Assembly (NCBI GenBank): GCA_016192455.1
Contig: JACPUC010000030.1
Location: forward strand, 1-64,000
Reading direction: 5' to 3'
Length of the DNA stretch: 64,000 bases
From: Candidatus Tectimicrobiota bacterium
GTDB lineage: Bacteria > JACPUC01
Every line of letters starts with the position of its first letter. Positions within the stretch are counted from its first letter, which is position 1. Under the pieces are notes generated by a model. The model saw nothing but the letters and a program-made list of their open reading frames with translations, had not been told where the DNA came from and did not search any database. This document shows, piece after piece, positions 19,267 to 29,981 of this stretch. The position numbers and the translations under genes are program-made.

Positions 19267-20733
19267 TTAAGCCCAGTAGGGGACGTAACTTGCGAATCTC
19301 CTCGAGTCGCTTTCGGGGTTGTAGAGCCGGATCAAGCCAGCCTCGACAGCGTCGCTGATCAGCCGCGAGACCTGCGCCCGGTTCTTCTCCTCAATTCCGA
19401 ACCGGTCCCGAAGCGTGCTGTTTGTCATCTGTTTCCGCTGCACGTACTGAAGGCACGCATGGAGGTAGCAGGCCCGAATGCGGTCAGCCTTGTCCATCTC
19501 GGCGAACGGCTTGTGCGCGAACAGAACGGCTCTGGTATGCCCGCCTTCAACTTCGAACAACGGTGCGGGCAGTTGGTACAATTCTGTCTGGAACACCACC
19601 TTGTCCACGCCACTGCCGCGCTCCTCGCAAATGCCCACTCGTCTGAGGAACGATGCCAGCGCCTCGTTCCGGGACTGCGGCGGCGTGTCCAGGAATCGCC
19701 TGGTGTCCATCAATGGCCTGCCGGGATTCGTAATCTCCAGCCGCCTATCGAACACCTCGACCATCGGCCCGGCCCCGGTTACCCTGAAGTCCTGGTGGAT
19801 GATCACATTGGCCACCAACTCGCGAATGGCCAACTCCGGGTACATCGGCACCGTCTTGCGCAGCGCCCCCCCGATTACCTCGTTTGCGGGCAGCATGCCC
19901 TTGAGGAAGCCAATGAGCCCCTCAAACCCGGCCGCATAGCCCATGTGCCCCTGGTGCTCCCGTTTCGTGCGCACCCGCCCCTCGCCGTCGTACTCGACGA
20001 CGCGCACCGCCTTGCGGGCAAGGTGCCGGAACCTCGACAGATCGGAAGCGAACAGGATCGCCCCAAGGTTCAGAATGTTCCACTGCCCGCCCTGACAGGT
20101 TTCGATCATGTGATCCTCCGCAAGGCGAGCCAGAATCCCGTCTCGCGCCTCTGGCAGCGGCACGTCCAGCAGCCTGAAGTAAGCCGGGTAGTCCAGCAGC
20201 GCCAGCACCTCCGAACCGCTCACCCTTTCAGTCGCCACCTGCTGCTCGAAGGGCGTCACGTCGAAGATTCGCCACAGTTCGCGCTCCTTCTCCGGGTAAT
20301 CTTTAAGCCTCTTCTTGTACGATCCGACCCGGATGTACTCCACGCCTTGAAACTGCACCGGCTGGTGCGCCGCCCGTGGAATCTCAACCATGGAAATCTG
20401 CTTGCCATCGGCAGCGAACTCCATGAAACGGAAGTGAATCCGTGGGCTCAGCAGGCGAAGGAGCCAGTTCTCAATCTCCTCACCCCCCTTCTTCGCCTGC
20501 GTCGGCCGAAACGACGTTCCCATCACGTCGTGCGTCTCGTCGGCCACGCCCCAAACTAAGTACGCGTTGGCCTTGCCCGATAAGGCAGCGGAATTAGCAA
20601 GGGCAGAAATGTACTCCCCGATCTCCTCCAAATTCGCAATGTTGCACTTAAACTCGACCCACTCCGTCTCTTTCGGGAGCTGGCGCAGCTCGCGCAGGAG
20701 GCCGGCGAGGTATTCCGGGCTGTCATTCCTCAT
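19267..20733 (-). CDS. Schlafen/AlbA_2 domain + HATPase_c_4 + C-terminal HTH protein
   Basis: ETEWVEFK, ISALANS…YLVWGVAD; YPELAIRELVANVIIHQDF, EITNPG, RNEALA…EERGSG. Confidence 0.88.
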   Translation of the reverse strand: MRNDSPEYLAGLLRELRQLPKETEWVEFKCNIANLEEIGEYISALANSAALSGKANAYLVWGVADETHDVMGTSFRPTQAKKGGEEIENWLLRLLSPRIHFRFMEFAADGKQISMVEIPRAAHQPVQFQGVEYIRVGSYKKRLKDYPEKERELWRIFDVTPFEQQVATERVSGSEVLALLDYPAYFRLLDVPLPEARDGILARLAEDHMIETCQGGQWNILNLGAILFASDLSRFRHLARKAVRVVEYDGEGRVRTKREHQGHMGYAAGFEGLIGFLKGMLPANEVIGGALRKTVPMYPELAIRELVANVIIHQDFRVTGAGPMVEVFDRRLEITNPGRPLMDTRRFLDTPPQSRNEALASFLRRVGICEERGSGVDKVVFQTELYQLPAPLFEVEGGHTRAVLFAHKPFAEMDKADRIRACYLHACLQYVQRKQMTNSTLRDRFGIEEKNRAQVSRLISDAVEAGLIRLYNPESDSRRFASYVPYWA

Positions 20734-20885
20734 TCTCGGCTGCCTCCTCGACGAGTTCGGGCTCGTTATCTTCCGGCATCTCGTCGTCGATGCCTTCGTC
20801 CAGGTCCTTAGGCTCGGCCTCGGCTGTAATCCACCGAGCCTCCCTTTCGCGCACCTGCCTTATGATTACGCGCGCAGCAGGGAGC
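20723..20885 (-). pseudogene. Possible 3' remnant of an upstream gene with an acidic C-terminus overlapping the Schlafen start
   Basis: …EREARWITAEAEPKDLDEGIDDEMPEDNEPELVEEAAENEE* looks protein-like and translationally coupled, but the upstream part of the ORF does not. Confidence 0.35.
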
Positions 20886-21121
20886 GTCTGTCTGTGCCTG
20901 CCTCTGCCGGCGATGCGGCCAGGGTCAACCCACAGGCTGGCGAGGGGAACCGTTCCTCGCATCTTCCCCGCTGCTACCAAGAGCAAGAAACCACGTTTCC
21001 CAGTGAATTTCCGGGCAATCCCACGATCTCGACCCGGGAAGAGGGAGAACAAACGCTGCCTGGCGGACGCAGCGAGCCCTCCTGCCGCCGGCGTCTCCTT
21101 GGGCCGCGGTGCCCGACTGTC

Positions 21122-21331
21122 TCACCCCTCGTTTTCATCCGGCAGCAGCTCCAGGCGCTCCTGGTACTTCATGAAGCAGGGATCGCAGAGGCCGTGGGAG
21201 GGCCGCCATTGCGGGTTGCGCTCCGTTACCGCGCTCACGAGCTTCTGATCGGGGTTCTCCAGCCAGCGGCGGAACCTGTTTGAGGACCTGTTCAGTGGAC
21301 CAGCGCAGAGGGGACACCGGGTCTTTTCCAT
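21122..21331 (-). CDS. Small CxxC…CxxC putative zinc-binding protein
   Basis: 69 aa, CPLC and GLCDPC; non-shadow composition. Confidence 0.6.
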   Translation of the reverse strand: MEKTRCPLCAGPLNRSSNRFRRWLENPDQKLVSAVTERNPQWRPSHGLCDPCFMKYQERLELLPDENEG

Positions 21332-21567
21332 GAAAGTTCTCCGCCTGCTGAGGCGCCTGTGGCTGGTGGCGCACCAGGGTTTCAGGAACGAGGTCGGCGC
21401 TGCGACGAGGGAAGCTCCCGCCCGCCGGACTCCACCGCCATACTACCTGAGAGTGCGGCGCCGACCAAGGGCAACGCCGCGACGGGTTGAAGGCGACGGA
21501 TCTCCAGCGCGGCTCGCGGCGCCGGTGCGCCCGTGTGATCCGGGAGCAATACGGGAGGACTCGTTCC

Positions 21568-22059
21568 ATGAAGCTCTACCTCGTGCGGCATGGCCACGCG
21601 GAGGAGGCGAGTGTGGACCCGCAGCGCCCCCTCAGCGCCCGCGGCGAGGAGGAGGTGCGGCGGTTGGGCCGGCGTCTGAAGGAGCGCGCCCTGGCAGGAA
21701 GTGGGGCCCCGCCGGCGGTCTTCCACAGCGACAAGCTGCGCGCCAGGCAGACCGCCGCGCTGCTCGTTGAGACTCTCTTTCCGACAAGTGGGGCGACCGA
21801 GCGCTGGGGCCTGGGGCCGAATGATGACGCTGCCGCGTGGCTGCCGGAGCTGGCGGCGGCGGAGGAAGATGTCATGCTCGTCGGCCACCTGCCGTTCCTG
21901 GCCAACCTGGCTGGGTTGCTCCTGCGGCAGGGCGCCGCGGCGTCGGAGGGGATGGCTGCCGCCGAGATCGAGTTTCCCGCCGCGGGCGTCGTCTGCCTGG
22001 AGCGCCGCGGCAGGCGCTGGGAGCTGGCCTGGAACGCGGCGCCTGCTGGAACCGCCTGA
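21568..22059 (+). CDS. sixA: Phosphohistidine phosphatase SixA family
   Basis: MKLYLVRHGHA, RPLSARG, HSDKLRARQTA, LVGHLP; GGAGG RBS. Confidence 0.9.
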   Translation: MKLYLVRHGHAEEASVDPQRPLSARGEEEVRRLGRRLKERALAGSGAPPAVFHSDKLRARQTAALLVETLFPTSGATERWGLGPNDDAAAWLPELAAAEEDVMLVGHLPFLANLAGLLLRQGAAASEGMAAAEIEFPAAGVVCLERRGRRWELAWNAAPAGTA

Positions 22060-22170
22060 CGCGGCAGAGACATCGTAATCGAGTCGCCGGAAAAGCGCCG
22101 CAGCGGCATCCGCCCACCTTCCCCTTGTCGCGGCGACGGCAGGGGCCTCCGGCAGCACGGCGGCCAGAAA

Positions 22171-22198
22171 TTGCTTGTCAGGAATTGCGACCTATACT
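22171..22198 (+). promoter_or_regulatory. Putative sigma70 promoter of the nuo operon
   Basis: TTGCTT-N16-TATACT ~170 bp upstream of nuoA. Confidence 0.4.
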
Positions 22199-22367
22199 AG
22201 TATCGACCGTCGCGCGGGGGGCCGGGAAGCACAGTGCCGCGACTGACCGACGAGCCGGGAAAGGGCGCCGGCGGACCGGCGATCCTGAAGTGCGCAAGGG
22301 TCGGCGCCGGCTGGCCGGCGGAAGCGGCGCGGCGCGCTCATCTTGACCTGTGCCGAGGCAACCGCTC

Positions 22368-22763
22368 ATGACATCACTCGAACGCCTCTTCTTCGGCGAC
22401 TACCAATCCATCAGCCCCTACCTGCCGATTCTCCTCTTTATCATCATCGCCGCCGGTTTCGCCATCGTCACCCTCTTCATCGGTTTCTTCGTGCGGCCGC
22501 GCCGGCCCGACCCGGAGAAACTCTCGCCTTACGAGTGCGGCATCGATCCGGTGATGGGCACGCGCGAGCGCTTCTCCATCCGCTTCTACGTCATCGCCAT
22601 GATCTTCCTCATCTTCGACGTGGAGGTGGTCTTTCTCTTCCCGTGGGCGGTCGTGTACAAGAAGATCGGCATCTTCGGCTTTGTGGAGATGATGCTCTTC
22701 ATTTTCATCCTCCTGGTGGGGTACTACTACGCCTGGAAGAAGGGCGCCCTGGAGTGGGTGTAG
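22368..22763 (+). CDS. nuoA: NADH-quinone oxidoreductase subunit A
   Basis: KLSPYECG, FLIFDVEVVFLFPWA, WKKGALEW. Confidence 0.95.
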   Translation: MTSLERLFFGDYQSISPYLPILLFIIIAAGFAIVTLFIGFFVRPRRPDPEKLSPYECGIDPVMGTRERFSIRFYVIAMIFLIFDVEVVFLFPWAVVYKKIGIFGFVEMMLFIFILLVGYYYAWKKGALEWV

Positions 22764-22789
22764 GCCAGCCCACGCCGGCGAAGCGGCAC

Positions 22790-22889
22790 TTTTGGGGGGG
22801 GACCCTCGATCCCCAACATCCCCTGCCCACGCGAAGGCGCAAGGCGCACTCGCGCCGGTGGGCTGCGCGAGGGGAGAATGTCCCCTCGC
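22790..22889 (+). repeat. Copy of dispersed repeat family at the usual nuoB position
   Basis: TTTGGGGGGGGACCC…ATCCCC…TGCGCGAGGGGAGAATGTCCCCTCGC, similar to 36478-36582. Confidence 0.65.
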
Positions 22890-22978
22890 ATCACCCTAGC
22901 AAGCGAGAAAAAGCCAGCGTGACGCATTGAACCTATCGAGCCGAACCACTTCCGATTCACCACAGGGTGAGTGCTGCA

Positions 22979-23593
22979 ATGGCTGACGAGACGGAACAGA
23001 CCCACGAGGAGGCGGAGCCCTTGGCTGCGGAGGCTGGGGCCGAGGAGGCTGGCGGCGAGACGGCGGCAGCCGCGTCTGCCGCGGCCGGCGCGTCGGGGCA
23101 GGAGGCGCTGCTGCGGGAGAATGTCATCGCGCGCAAGCTGTGGGAGCGCTTCCCGGACGCCATCCAGGTCGTCTACTGCGCCCTCAACCGCCCCGAGGAG
23201 TTGACCGCCCTGGTGGACCGGCAGCGGATCGTGGAGATTTGCCGCTTCTGCCATGATGATCCCGACCTCTACTTCAACCTCCTCTCCGACCTCTGCGGCG
23301 CCGACTACCCCGACGAGGAGGAACGCTTCACGGTCGTCTATCAACTCTACTCCATCCGGCACAACCAGCGGCTGCGGCTGAAGGTGAAGACGAAGGAGGG
23401 CGTGCCGGTGCCGTCGGTGACGAGCGTCTGGCGCACCGCCAACTGGCACGAGCGCGAAGCCTACGACCTGTATGGCATCGTCTTCGAAGGCCACCCCAAC
23501 CTCAAGCGCATCCTCATGCCGGATAACTGGGAAGGTTTCCCCCTGCGCAAGGAGTACCCGCCCGAAGGGCAGGGGATGCGGGAGAGGGTGTAA
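22979..23593 (+). CDS. nuoC: NADH-quinone oxidoreductase subunit C
   Basis: DLCGADY…RFTVVYQLYS; ANWHEREAYDLYGIVFEGHPNLKRILMP…PLRKEYP. Confidence 0.95.
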   Translation: MADETEQTHEEAEPLAAEAGAEEAGGETAAAASAAAGASGQEALLRENVIARKLWERFPDAIQVVYCALNRPEELTALVDRQRIVEICRFCHDDPDLYFNLLSDLCGADYPDEEERFTVVYQLYSIRHNQRLRLKVKTKEGVPVPSVTSVWRTANWHEREAYDLYGIVFEGHPNLKRILMPDNWEGFPLRKEYPPEGQGMRERV

Positions 23594-23595
23594 CC

Positions 23596-24699
23596 ATGGC
23601 TATGCTGGAGACGTCGGAACTCGTCATGAACATGGGGCCGCAGCACCCCAGCACGCACGGCGTGCTGCGCCTGGTGCTCGACCTCGATGGCGAGATGGTC
23701 CGCGATGTCGAGATCCACGTCGGCTACCTGCATCGGGCGATGGAGAAGCTGGCGGAGAACCTCACCTATCCCCAGTTCGTCCCCTACACCGACCGCATGG
23801 ATTACACGGCGGCGCTGTCGTGCAACCTCGCCCTGGTGATGGCGCAGGAGAAGGTCGGCAGGGTGGAGGTGCCGCCGCGGGCGCAGTATCTGCGCGTCAT
23901 CCTCGTCGAGCTGCAGCGCATCGCTGCCCACCTCCTCTGGCTGGGAACGCACGCGCTCGATCTCGGCGCCATGTCGGTCTTCCTCTACTGCTTCCGCGAA
24001 CGGGAGAAGATTCTCGATCTCTTCGAGGACATCACCGGGGCGCGGCTGACCATTCACTGGATTCGCATCGGCGGCCTGCCGGCCGACGCCACCGAGGGCT
24101 TCGTGCCGGCGACGCGGGAGTTCTGCAAGGAGTTCCCCGGACACGTGCTGTCGTACGAGCGGTTGCTGACCGAGAACCGCATCTTCCGCAAGCGCACCGA
24201 AGGCGTGGCGGTGATCTCCGCCGAGGATGCCATCAACCTCGGCCTGACGGGTCCGAGCCTGCGGGGCAGCGGCGTCTACTGGGATATCCGCAAGGCCGAG
24301 CCGTACCTCGTCTACGACGAGGTCGACTTCGAGATTCCCATCGGCAAGAACGGCGATGTGTACGACCGCTACCTGGTGCGCATCGAGGAGATGCGGCAGT
24401 CGCTGCGCATCGTCGAGCAGTGCCTCGATCGCTTGCCCTCCGGGCCGATCATCAATAAAGTGCCGCGCATCTGGAAGGTGCCGACGGGCGAGGCGTACCA
24501 CCGCGTCGAGGCCCCCAAAGGCGAGTTCGGGGTGTACATCGTGTCGGACGGCACCGACAAGCCATGGCGCTGCCGCATCCGCTCGCCCTCCTTCGTGAAC
24601 CTGCAGTCGCTGCCGACGATGATCATCGGCGGGCTGGTCGCCGATGTGGTGGCGGCGATCGGCAGCATCGACGTGGTCATGGGCGAGTGCGACCGCTAG
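23596..24699 (+). CDS. nuoD: NADH-quinone oxidoreductase subunit D
   Basis: NMGPQHPSTHGVLR, GYLHR, DRMDY, EAPKGE, C-terminal GECDR. Confidence 0.96.
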   Translation: MAMLETSELVMNMGPQHPSTHGVLRLVLDLDGEMVRDVEIHVGYLHRAMEKLAENLTYPQFVPYTDRMDYTAALSCNLALVMAQEKVGRVEVPPRAQYLRVILVELQRIAAHLLWLGTHALDLGAMSVFLYCFREREKILDLFEDITGARLTIHWIRIGGLPADATEGFVPATREFCKEFPGHVLSYERLLTENRIFRKRTEGVAVISAEDAINLGLTGPSLRGSGVYWDIRKAEPYLVYDEVDFEIPIGKNGDVYDRYLVRIEEMRQSLRIVEQCLDRLPSGPIINKVPRIWKVPTGEAYHRVEAPKGEFGVYIVSDGTDKPWRCRIRSPSFVNLQSLPTMIIGGLVADVVAAIGSIDVVMGECDR

Positions 24700-24890
24700 C
24701 GAGTGGTCGCGCGGCGGCCGCCTCCAGCGGCGCCAGGCTGCTCGAGGGACCAGGGGCGGAAGGGCGTGGCGATCTCTTCCGCCCCGCCGTTGCTGTGCCG
24801 CCAGGGAGGAGGCACCTGTGGCGCGGGCCGCCCGCCGCTTGCTGGCCGAATCGAAGCCGCATGATGCCGAGCCGCTAACGAGGGAACCGC

Positions 24891-25856
24891 ATGCTCAACG
24901 CCCTCATCGAGACCGTCGTGGTACTGGTGAAGATCGCCGTCATCTTCGGCGCCGTCTCCCTGGTGGTCGCCTACCTGACCTACTTCGAGCGCAAGGCCAT
25001 CGCCCACATGCAGGTGCGCATGGGGCCGATGCGCGTCGGCTGGCATGGGCTGTTGCAGCCGATCGCCGACGGCATCAAGCTGATCGTCAAGGAAGACATC
25101 ATCCCCGCGCGGAGCGACCACCTCATCTTCCGCCTGGCGCCGTTCATGCTCCTGGTGCCGTCGCTCATCATCTACGCCGTCATTCCGTTGGGGGAGCGCG
25201 CCTGGGTCACGAACATCAACATCGCCGTCCTCTACGTCCTGGCCGTCTCCTCGTTGAGCGTCTATGGCATCGTGCTGGCGGGTTGGTCGTCGGGCAGCAA
25301 GTACTCCCTCCTCGGCGGGCTGCGCTCGGCGGCGCAGATGATCAGCTACGAAATCTTCCTCGGCTTCTCGCTCATCGGGCCGCTGATGATCGCGGGCTCC
25401 CTGAACTTGGTGGAGATCGTCAACGCCCAGCAGAGTGTCTGGCTGGTGGTCTATCAACCCCTGGCGTTCGTCCTCTTCATCTCGGCCGGTCTGGCGGAAA
25501 CCAACCGTATTCCCTTCGATCTTCCCGAGGCCGAGACCGAGCTGGTCGCCGGCTTCCACACCGAGTACAGCGGCATGCGCTTCGGCTTCTTCACGATTGC
25601 GGAGTACGCCAACCTCCTGCTGTTGAGCGTCATGGCCACGCTCGTTTTCTTCGGCGGTTGGCACGGGCCGCTGCTGCCGGGCTTCGTCTGGCTCCTCCTG
25701 AAGGTGGCGGTCTTTATCTTCCTCTTCTTCTGGCTGCGCGCCACCCTGCCCCGCTTCCGCTACGATCAGCTCATGCGGCTGGGCTGGAAGATCATGTTCC
25801 CCCTGGCGCTGTTGAACATTGCCGTCACCGGCATCGTTTACTACTTTGTGGTGTGA
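24891..25856 (+). CDS. nuoH: NADH-quinone oxidoreductase subunit H
   Basis: ERK…[43 protein letters not shown]. Confidence 0.96.
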   Translation: MLNALIETVVVLVKIAVIFGAVSLVVAYLTYFERKAIAHMQVRMGPMRVGWHGLLQPIADGIKLIVKEDIIPARSDHLIFRLAPFMLLVPSLIIYAVIPLGERAWVTNINIAVLYVLAVSSLSVYGIVLAGWSSGSKYSLLGGLRSAAQMISYEIFLGFSLIGPLMIAGSLNLVEIVNAQQSVWLVVYQPLAFVLFISAGLAETNRIPFDLPEAETELVAGFHTEYSGMRFGFFTIAEYANLLLLSVMATLVFFGGWHGPLLPGFVWLLLKVAVFIFLFFWLRATLPRFRYDQLMRLGWKIMFPLALLNIAVTGIVYYFVV

Positions 25857-26004
25857 TGGGGACGGCGAGCGAGGGCGACGAGGCGGCGCCGCCGCCCCTC
25901 TCGGCTCGGCCTTTCCTTGCTCGGCACGCTGGCGCGGTCGAGGGGATGAGGGTGGACGGGAGCGGCACGGCGGCCGCTGCGGCGAGAAAACAAGGAGACT
26001 GAAA

Positions 26005-26454
26005 GTGACCGGCCTGAAAAAGGCGCTGCGTAAAATCTTCCTTTGGGACTTCCGTGAGGGGATGGGCGTGACGCTCTCGCATCTTCCCAAGAAGACCTTC
26101 ACCCTGCAGTATCCGAAAGAGAAGCCGGTCATCCGGCCGCGTTTCCGCGGCACCTTCAAGCTCCTCATCGACGAGGGGGGCCGCGAAATCTGCAATGGCT
26201 GCAAGATGTGCGAGGTGGCGTGCCCGGTCGAGTGCATCTCGATGGACCGCGTCGGCAAAGGGAAGAACACCTGGGCGGAGCGCTTCGAGATTGACCTGAC
26301 GCACTGCATGTATTGCAACCTCTGCGTCGAGGCGTGTCCCAGCGACTGCATCATCATGACCGAGAGCTTTGAGACCTCCGGCTATGACCGGAACATCATC
26401 ATGACGAAGAAAGAGCTCTACGCAGATATTGACGGGCTGCGATTTAGGAAGTAG
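26005..26454 (+). CDS. nuoI: NADH-quinone oxidoreductase subunit I
   Basis: TLQYPKEK…RFRG; two 4Fe-4S motifs CNGCKMCEVACP and CMYCNLCVEACP; GTG start after AAGGAG. Confidence 0.93.
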   Translation: MTGLKKALRKIFLWDFREGMGVTLSHLPKKTFTLQYPKEKPVIRPRFRGTFKLLIDEGGREICNGCKMCEVACPVECISMDRVGKGKNTWAERFEIDLTHCMYCNLCVEACPSDCIIMTESFETSGYDRNIIMTKKELYADIDGLRFRK

Positions 26455-26936
26455 AGTTGCGTGCAATGCGGTAACGCGGCGCGGAGGAAGGGGCGGGGGT
26501 GGTTGCCTTCGCTCTGTCGATGCAGGAACACTCAGAAGGGTGTGCGGCAGTTGGGCGGGCGAGAGGCAGTCGGGCCGTCGCTCCGTGGCGAGCAGGTTGC
26601 GACGATGAGGTTTCGCGATCCGCGGCTTACCATCTGAGGTCCGTCCCCGCGCAGAAGAGGCGCCTCATGCTGCTGGCGCAGTTGAGGCTGTTGGTGCGTT
26701 TGTTTGCGCATCTCCCCTGCATCTCATCGTTCCTCGTGTTGCCCTGAGCATCCCTCAGCCCGATCTTTCTGAAGCGGCGCCTCCTTTCAGGTTGGCGGCC
26801 TGCCGCATGGGTAAGCCGCAAGGGCAACCTGAAGGGGCGAGCGTGGTGCGGCCCACGCCCGGGTGCGCGCCGGGCGCCGGCAAGGGCGGCGGAACCGCGG
26901 CGGTGAGCCGCCACTTCGACACGACAGGCAGAGAGC

Positions 26937-27488
26937 ATGGACCTTTCCTTCCTGTTCTTCTACCTCTTTGCCGCGGTTGCCGTTGGCGCGGCGCTCGTGG
27001 TCGTGCTCAACCGCAACATCCTGCACTGCGCCATGGCGCTGGTGCTGATGTTCTTCGCCATTGCCGCCCTCTTCCTCATGCTGGGCGCCGAGTTCATCGC
27101 CGCCGTGCAGGTGCTGGTGTACGCCGGGGCCATCATGGTGCTCTTCCTCTTCGTCATCCTCCTCATCCAGATTGATCGCGTGCAGATGCTGCGCTTCGCG
27201 CATCGTCAGAGCCCGCTGGTGGTCATCATTGCGGTGCTGCTGCTGGCGGAGCTCCTCTACATGATCATCCGCGGCACCTTGGGCATCGCCCCGGGCGGGG
27301 CCGACGCGGCCGCCGCCGGCGCCGCGAGCGGCTCCACCGAGGCCTTCGGCGCTCTCCTCTATACGACCTATCTCTTCCCCTTTGAGGTCGCCTCGGTGCT
27401 GCTGCTTGCCGCGATGATCGGCGCCATCCTCCTGGCGCGTCTCGACAAGGAGGAAGTCGGGGGCGTGTCGCGGCAGGACATGAGCTAG
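26937..27488 (+). CDS. nuoJ: NADH-quinone oxidoreductase subunit J
   Basis: [35 protein letters not shown]. Confidence 0.95.
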   Translation: MDLSFLFFYLFAAVAVGAALVVVLNRNILHCAMALVLMFFAIAALFLMLGAEFIAAVQVLVYAGAIMVLFLFVILLIQIDRVQMLRFAHRQSPLVVIIAVLLLAELLYMIIRGTLGIAPGGADAAAAGAASGSTEAFGALLYTTYLFPFEVASVLLLAAMIGAILLARLDKEEVGGVSRQDMS

Positions 27489-27637
27489 CGCGCTGGGCCC
27501 GGCACGGAGCGGAGGGCGAGGCCGGGCGGGCCGCGCGGCGCGGCGTCGAGGGTTCTCGTCGAGGTGGGGAGCGGGGAGCTCCGCGGCCGCCGCGGGGTGA
27601 GCGGCACGGCGAGATCGGCAGGGGGAGCTTGCGTGCA

Positions 27638-27940
27638 ATGATCAGCCTCCAGCACTACCTAGCCCTTGGGGCCATCCTCTTCGCGATCGGGGTCGTGGGC
27701 GTCCTCACGCGGCGCAACGCCATCCTCATCCTCATGGCGATCGAGCTGATGCTTAATGGCGTGAACATCACGCTCATCGCCTTCGCCCGCCATGCCGGGA
27801 ACCTCACCGGGCAGATTTTCGTCCTCTTCATCATTACGGTTGCCGCGGCGGAGGCCGCGGTTGGTCTGGCCCTGGTCATCGCCCTGTTCCGCGGTCGAGA
27901 CACGCTCAATGTTGACGAAATCCACCTGCTGAAGTGGTAG
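27638..27940 (+). CDS. nuoK: NADH-quinone oxidoreductase subunit K
   Basis: [27 protein letters not shown]. Confidence 0.95.
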   Translation: MISLQHYLALGAILFAIGVVGVLTRRNAILILMAIELMLNGVNITLIAFARHAGNLTGQIFVLFIITVAAAEAAVGLALVIALFRGRDTLNVDEIHLLKW

Positions 27941-27959
27941 CACTGAGGGAGCACGGCAC

Positions 27960-29981
27960 GTGATCGAGTGGGTCTGGCTTATCCCCGCCCTGCCGGCCGC
28001 CGGGGTGATCATCAACGGTTTGCTCGGCAACCGCTACATCAAGGAGCGCGCCCACTACGTCGGCGTCGGCTCGACGGCGCTGTCGCTCCTGGTCGCCCTC
28101 TTCGTCATCGGCGCGGCCATCAAGAACCCCGGCCCCCACAACGTGCGGCTCTTCGACTGGGTGGTCGCCGGCAGCCTGCACGTCGATGTGGCCTTCCTCG
28201 TCGATCCCCTCAGCGCCGTCATGCTCTTCGTGGTCTGCGGAGTCGGCTTCCTGGTGCACGTCTACTCCATCGGCTACATGCGCGGCGACCCCGGCTACCC
28301 CCGCTTCTTCACCTGGCTGAACCTCTTCATGTTCTCCATGCTGCTGCTCATCCTGGGGAACAACTACCTGCTGATGTTCGTCGGCTGGGAAGGCGTGGGG
28401 TTGTGCTCCTATCTCCTCATCGGCTACTGGTTCGAGCGCAAGTCCGCCTCGGACGCCGCGAACAAGGCCTTCATCGTCAACCGCATCGGCGACGCCGGCT
28501 TCCTCCTCGGCATCTTCCTCATCTTCAAGACCTTCGGCAGCCTCGCTTACGCGCAGGTCTTCGCGGCAGCGCCGGGGGCGCTCAGCACCGGAGTGGCCAC
28601 CGCCATCGGCATCGCGCTGTTCATCGGGGCGGTGGGGAAATCGGCGCAGCTCCCCCTCTACGTCTGGCTGCCGGACGCCATGGAAGGCCCCACGCCGGTG
28701 AGCGCCCTGATCCACGCCGCCACCATGGTGACGGCCGGGGTGTACATGGTGGCGCGCAGCGCCGTCATCTACAACCTCGCCCCGGACGCCCTCCTGGTCG
28801 TCGCAGTGGTCGGCGCTCTCACCGCCATCTTCGCCGCCTCCATCGGCCTGGTGCAGAACGACATCAAGCGCGTCCTCGCTTACTCCACGGTAAGCCAGCT
28901 CGGCTACATGTTCCTAGCCCTCGGCGTCGGCGCCTACATCTCCGGCATCTTCCACCTCATGACCCACGCCTTCTTCAAAGGCCTCCTCTTCCTCGGCTCC
29001 GGCAGCGTCATCCACGCCATGAGCGGCGAGCAGGACATGCGCCGCATGGGGGCCCTGCGCAAGCACATCCCGATTACGGCCATCACTTTCTACATCGGCG
29101 CCCTGGCGATCTCCGGCATCCCCCCCTTCGCCGGCTTCTGGAGCAAGGACGAGATTCTCGCCGAGGCGTTCAAGAGCGGCCACTACGTGCTCTGGATCAT
29201 CGGCGTGGCGACGGCCCTGATGACGGCATTCTACATGTTCCGCCTCATCTACCTGACCTTCTACGGCGCCTCGCGGGTGGCGGAGCACGCCGCGCACCAC
29301 CTGCACGAGTCGCCGCCGTCGATGACGGCGCCGTTGGTGATCCTGGCCGGACTGTCGATCATCGGTGGGGCGATCCCCGGGTTCCCTCCCGAGAAGGGGA
29401 TGTTCCACGCCTTCCTGTCGCAGGTGCCGGGCATGGCGCCGGCGGGCGGGGGTCACGCCGGCCTGGTGGGGACGGCGCTGGCGGCGCAGGAGGGGGCCCA
29501 GGCGGCCCACGAGCTCTCCAGCGCCATGCACTGGTTCCTCATCCTCCTCTCGGTGGCCGTGGCGGTGGCCGGCTGGGCGCTGGCGAAGCACTTCTACGTG
29601 CGCCGCCCGCACCTCCCCGAGCGCCTGGCGCGGCGCTTCGGCGGTCTCTACCGGCTGCTGCTGAACAAGTACTGGGTGGACGAGATCTACGACGCGGTCA
29701 TCGTCAACCCGTGCAAGCGCTTCGCGACCTTCCTGTGGAACTTCGATGCCTGGGTGATCGACGGCATCGTCAACGCCACGAGCCGGCTCACCGTGCTGAA
29801 CGCCGATTTCTCCGCCTTCTTCGACCGCTACACCGTCGATGGGGCGGTGAATGGCCTGGCCTCGGTGCTGCAGGGCTGGGCGGGCGTTTTCCGCCGCCTG
29901 CAAACGGGCTTCGTGCAGAACTACGCCCTGGCGATGCTCCTGGGTATCTTCGCCATCGTCAGTCTCTACCTCTTTGTGTGA
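27960..29981 (+). CDS. nuoL: NADH-quinone oxidoreductase subunit L
   Basis: WEGVGLCSYLLIG, GKSAQLPLYVWLPDAMEGPTPVSALIHAATMV, HAFFK. Confidence 0.97.
   Translation: MIEWVWLIPALPAAGVIINGLLGNRYIKERAHYVGVGSTALSLLVALFVIGAAIKNPGPHNVRLFDWVVAGSLHVDVAFLVDPLSAVMLFVVCGVGFLVHVYSIGYMRGDPGYPRFFTWLNLFMFSMLLLILGNNYLLMFVGWEGVGLCSYLLIGYWFERKSASDAANKAFIVNRIGDAGFLLGIFLIFKTFGSLAYAQVFAAAPGALSTGVATAIGIALFIGAVGKSAQLPLYVWLPDAMEGPTPVSALIHAATMVTAGVYMVARSAVIYNLAPDALLVVAVVGALTAIFAASIGLVQNDIKRVLAYSTVSQLGYMFLALGVGAYISGIFHLMTHAFFKGLLFLGSGSVIHAMSGEQDMRRMGALRKHIPITAITFYIGALAISGIPPFAGFWSKDEILAEAFKSGHYVLWIIGVATALMTAFYMFRLIYLTFYGASRVAEHAAHHLHESPPSMTAPLVILAGLSIIGGAIPGFPPEKGMFHAFLSQVPGMAPAGGGHAGLVGTALAAQEGAQAAHELSSAMHWFLILLSVAVAVAGWALAKHFYVRRPHLPERLARRFGGLYRLLLNKYWVDEIYDAVIVNPCKRFATFLWNFDAWVIDGIVNATSRLTVLNADFSAFFDRYTVDGAVNGLASVLQGWAGVFRRLQTGFVQNYALAMLLGIFAIVSLYLFV

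Noticed and set aside
23596-24699. NiFe hydrogenase large subunit (group 4) instead of NuoD
   Set aside because: Lacks the two CxxC Ni-binding motifs and retains the NuoD quinone-site His and Tyr
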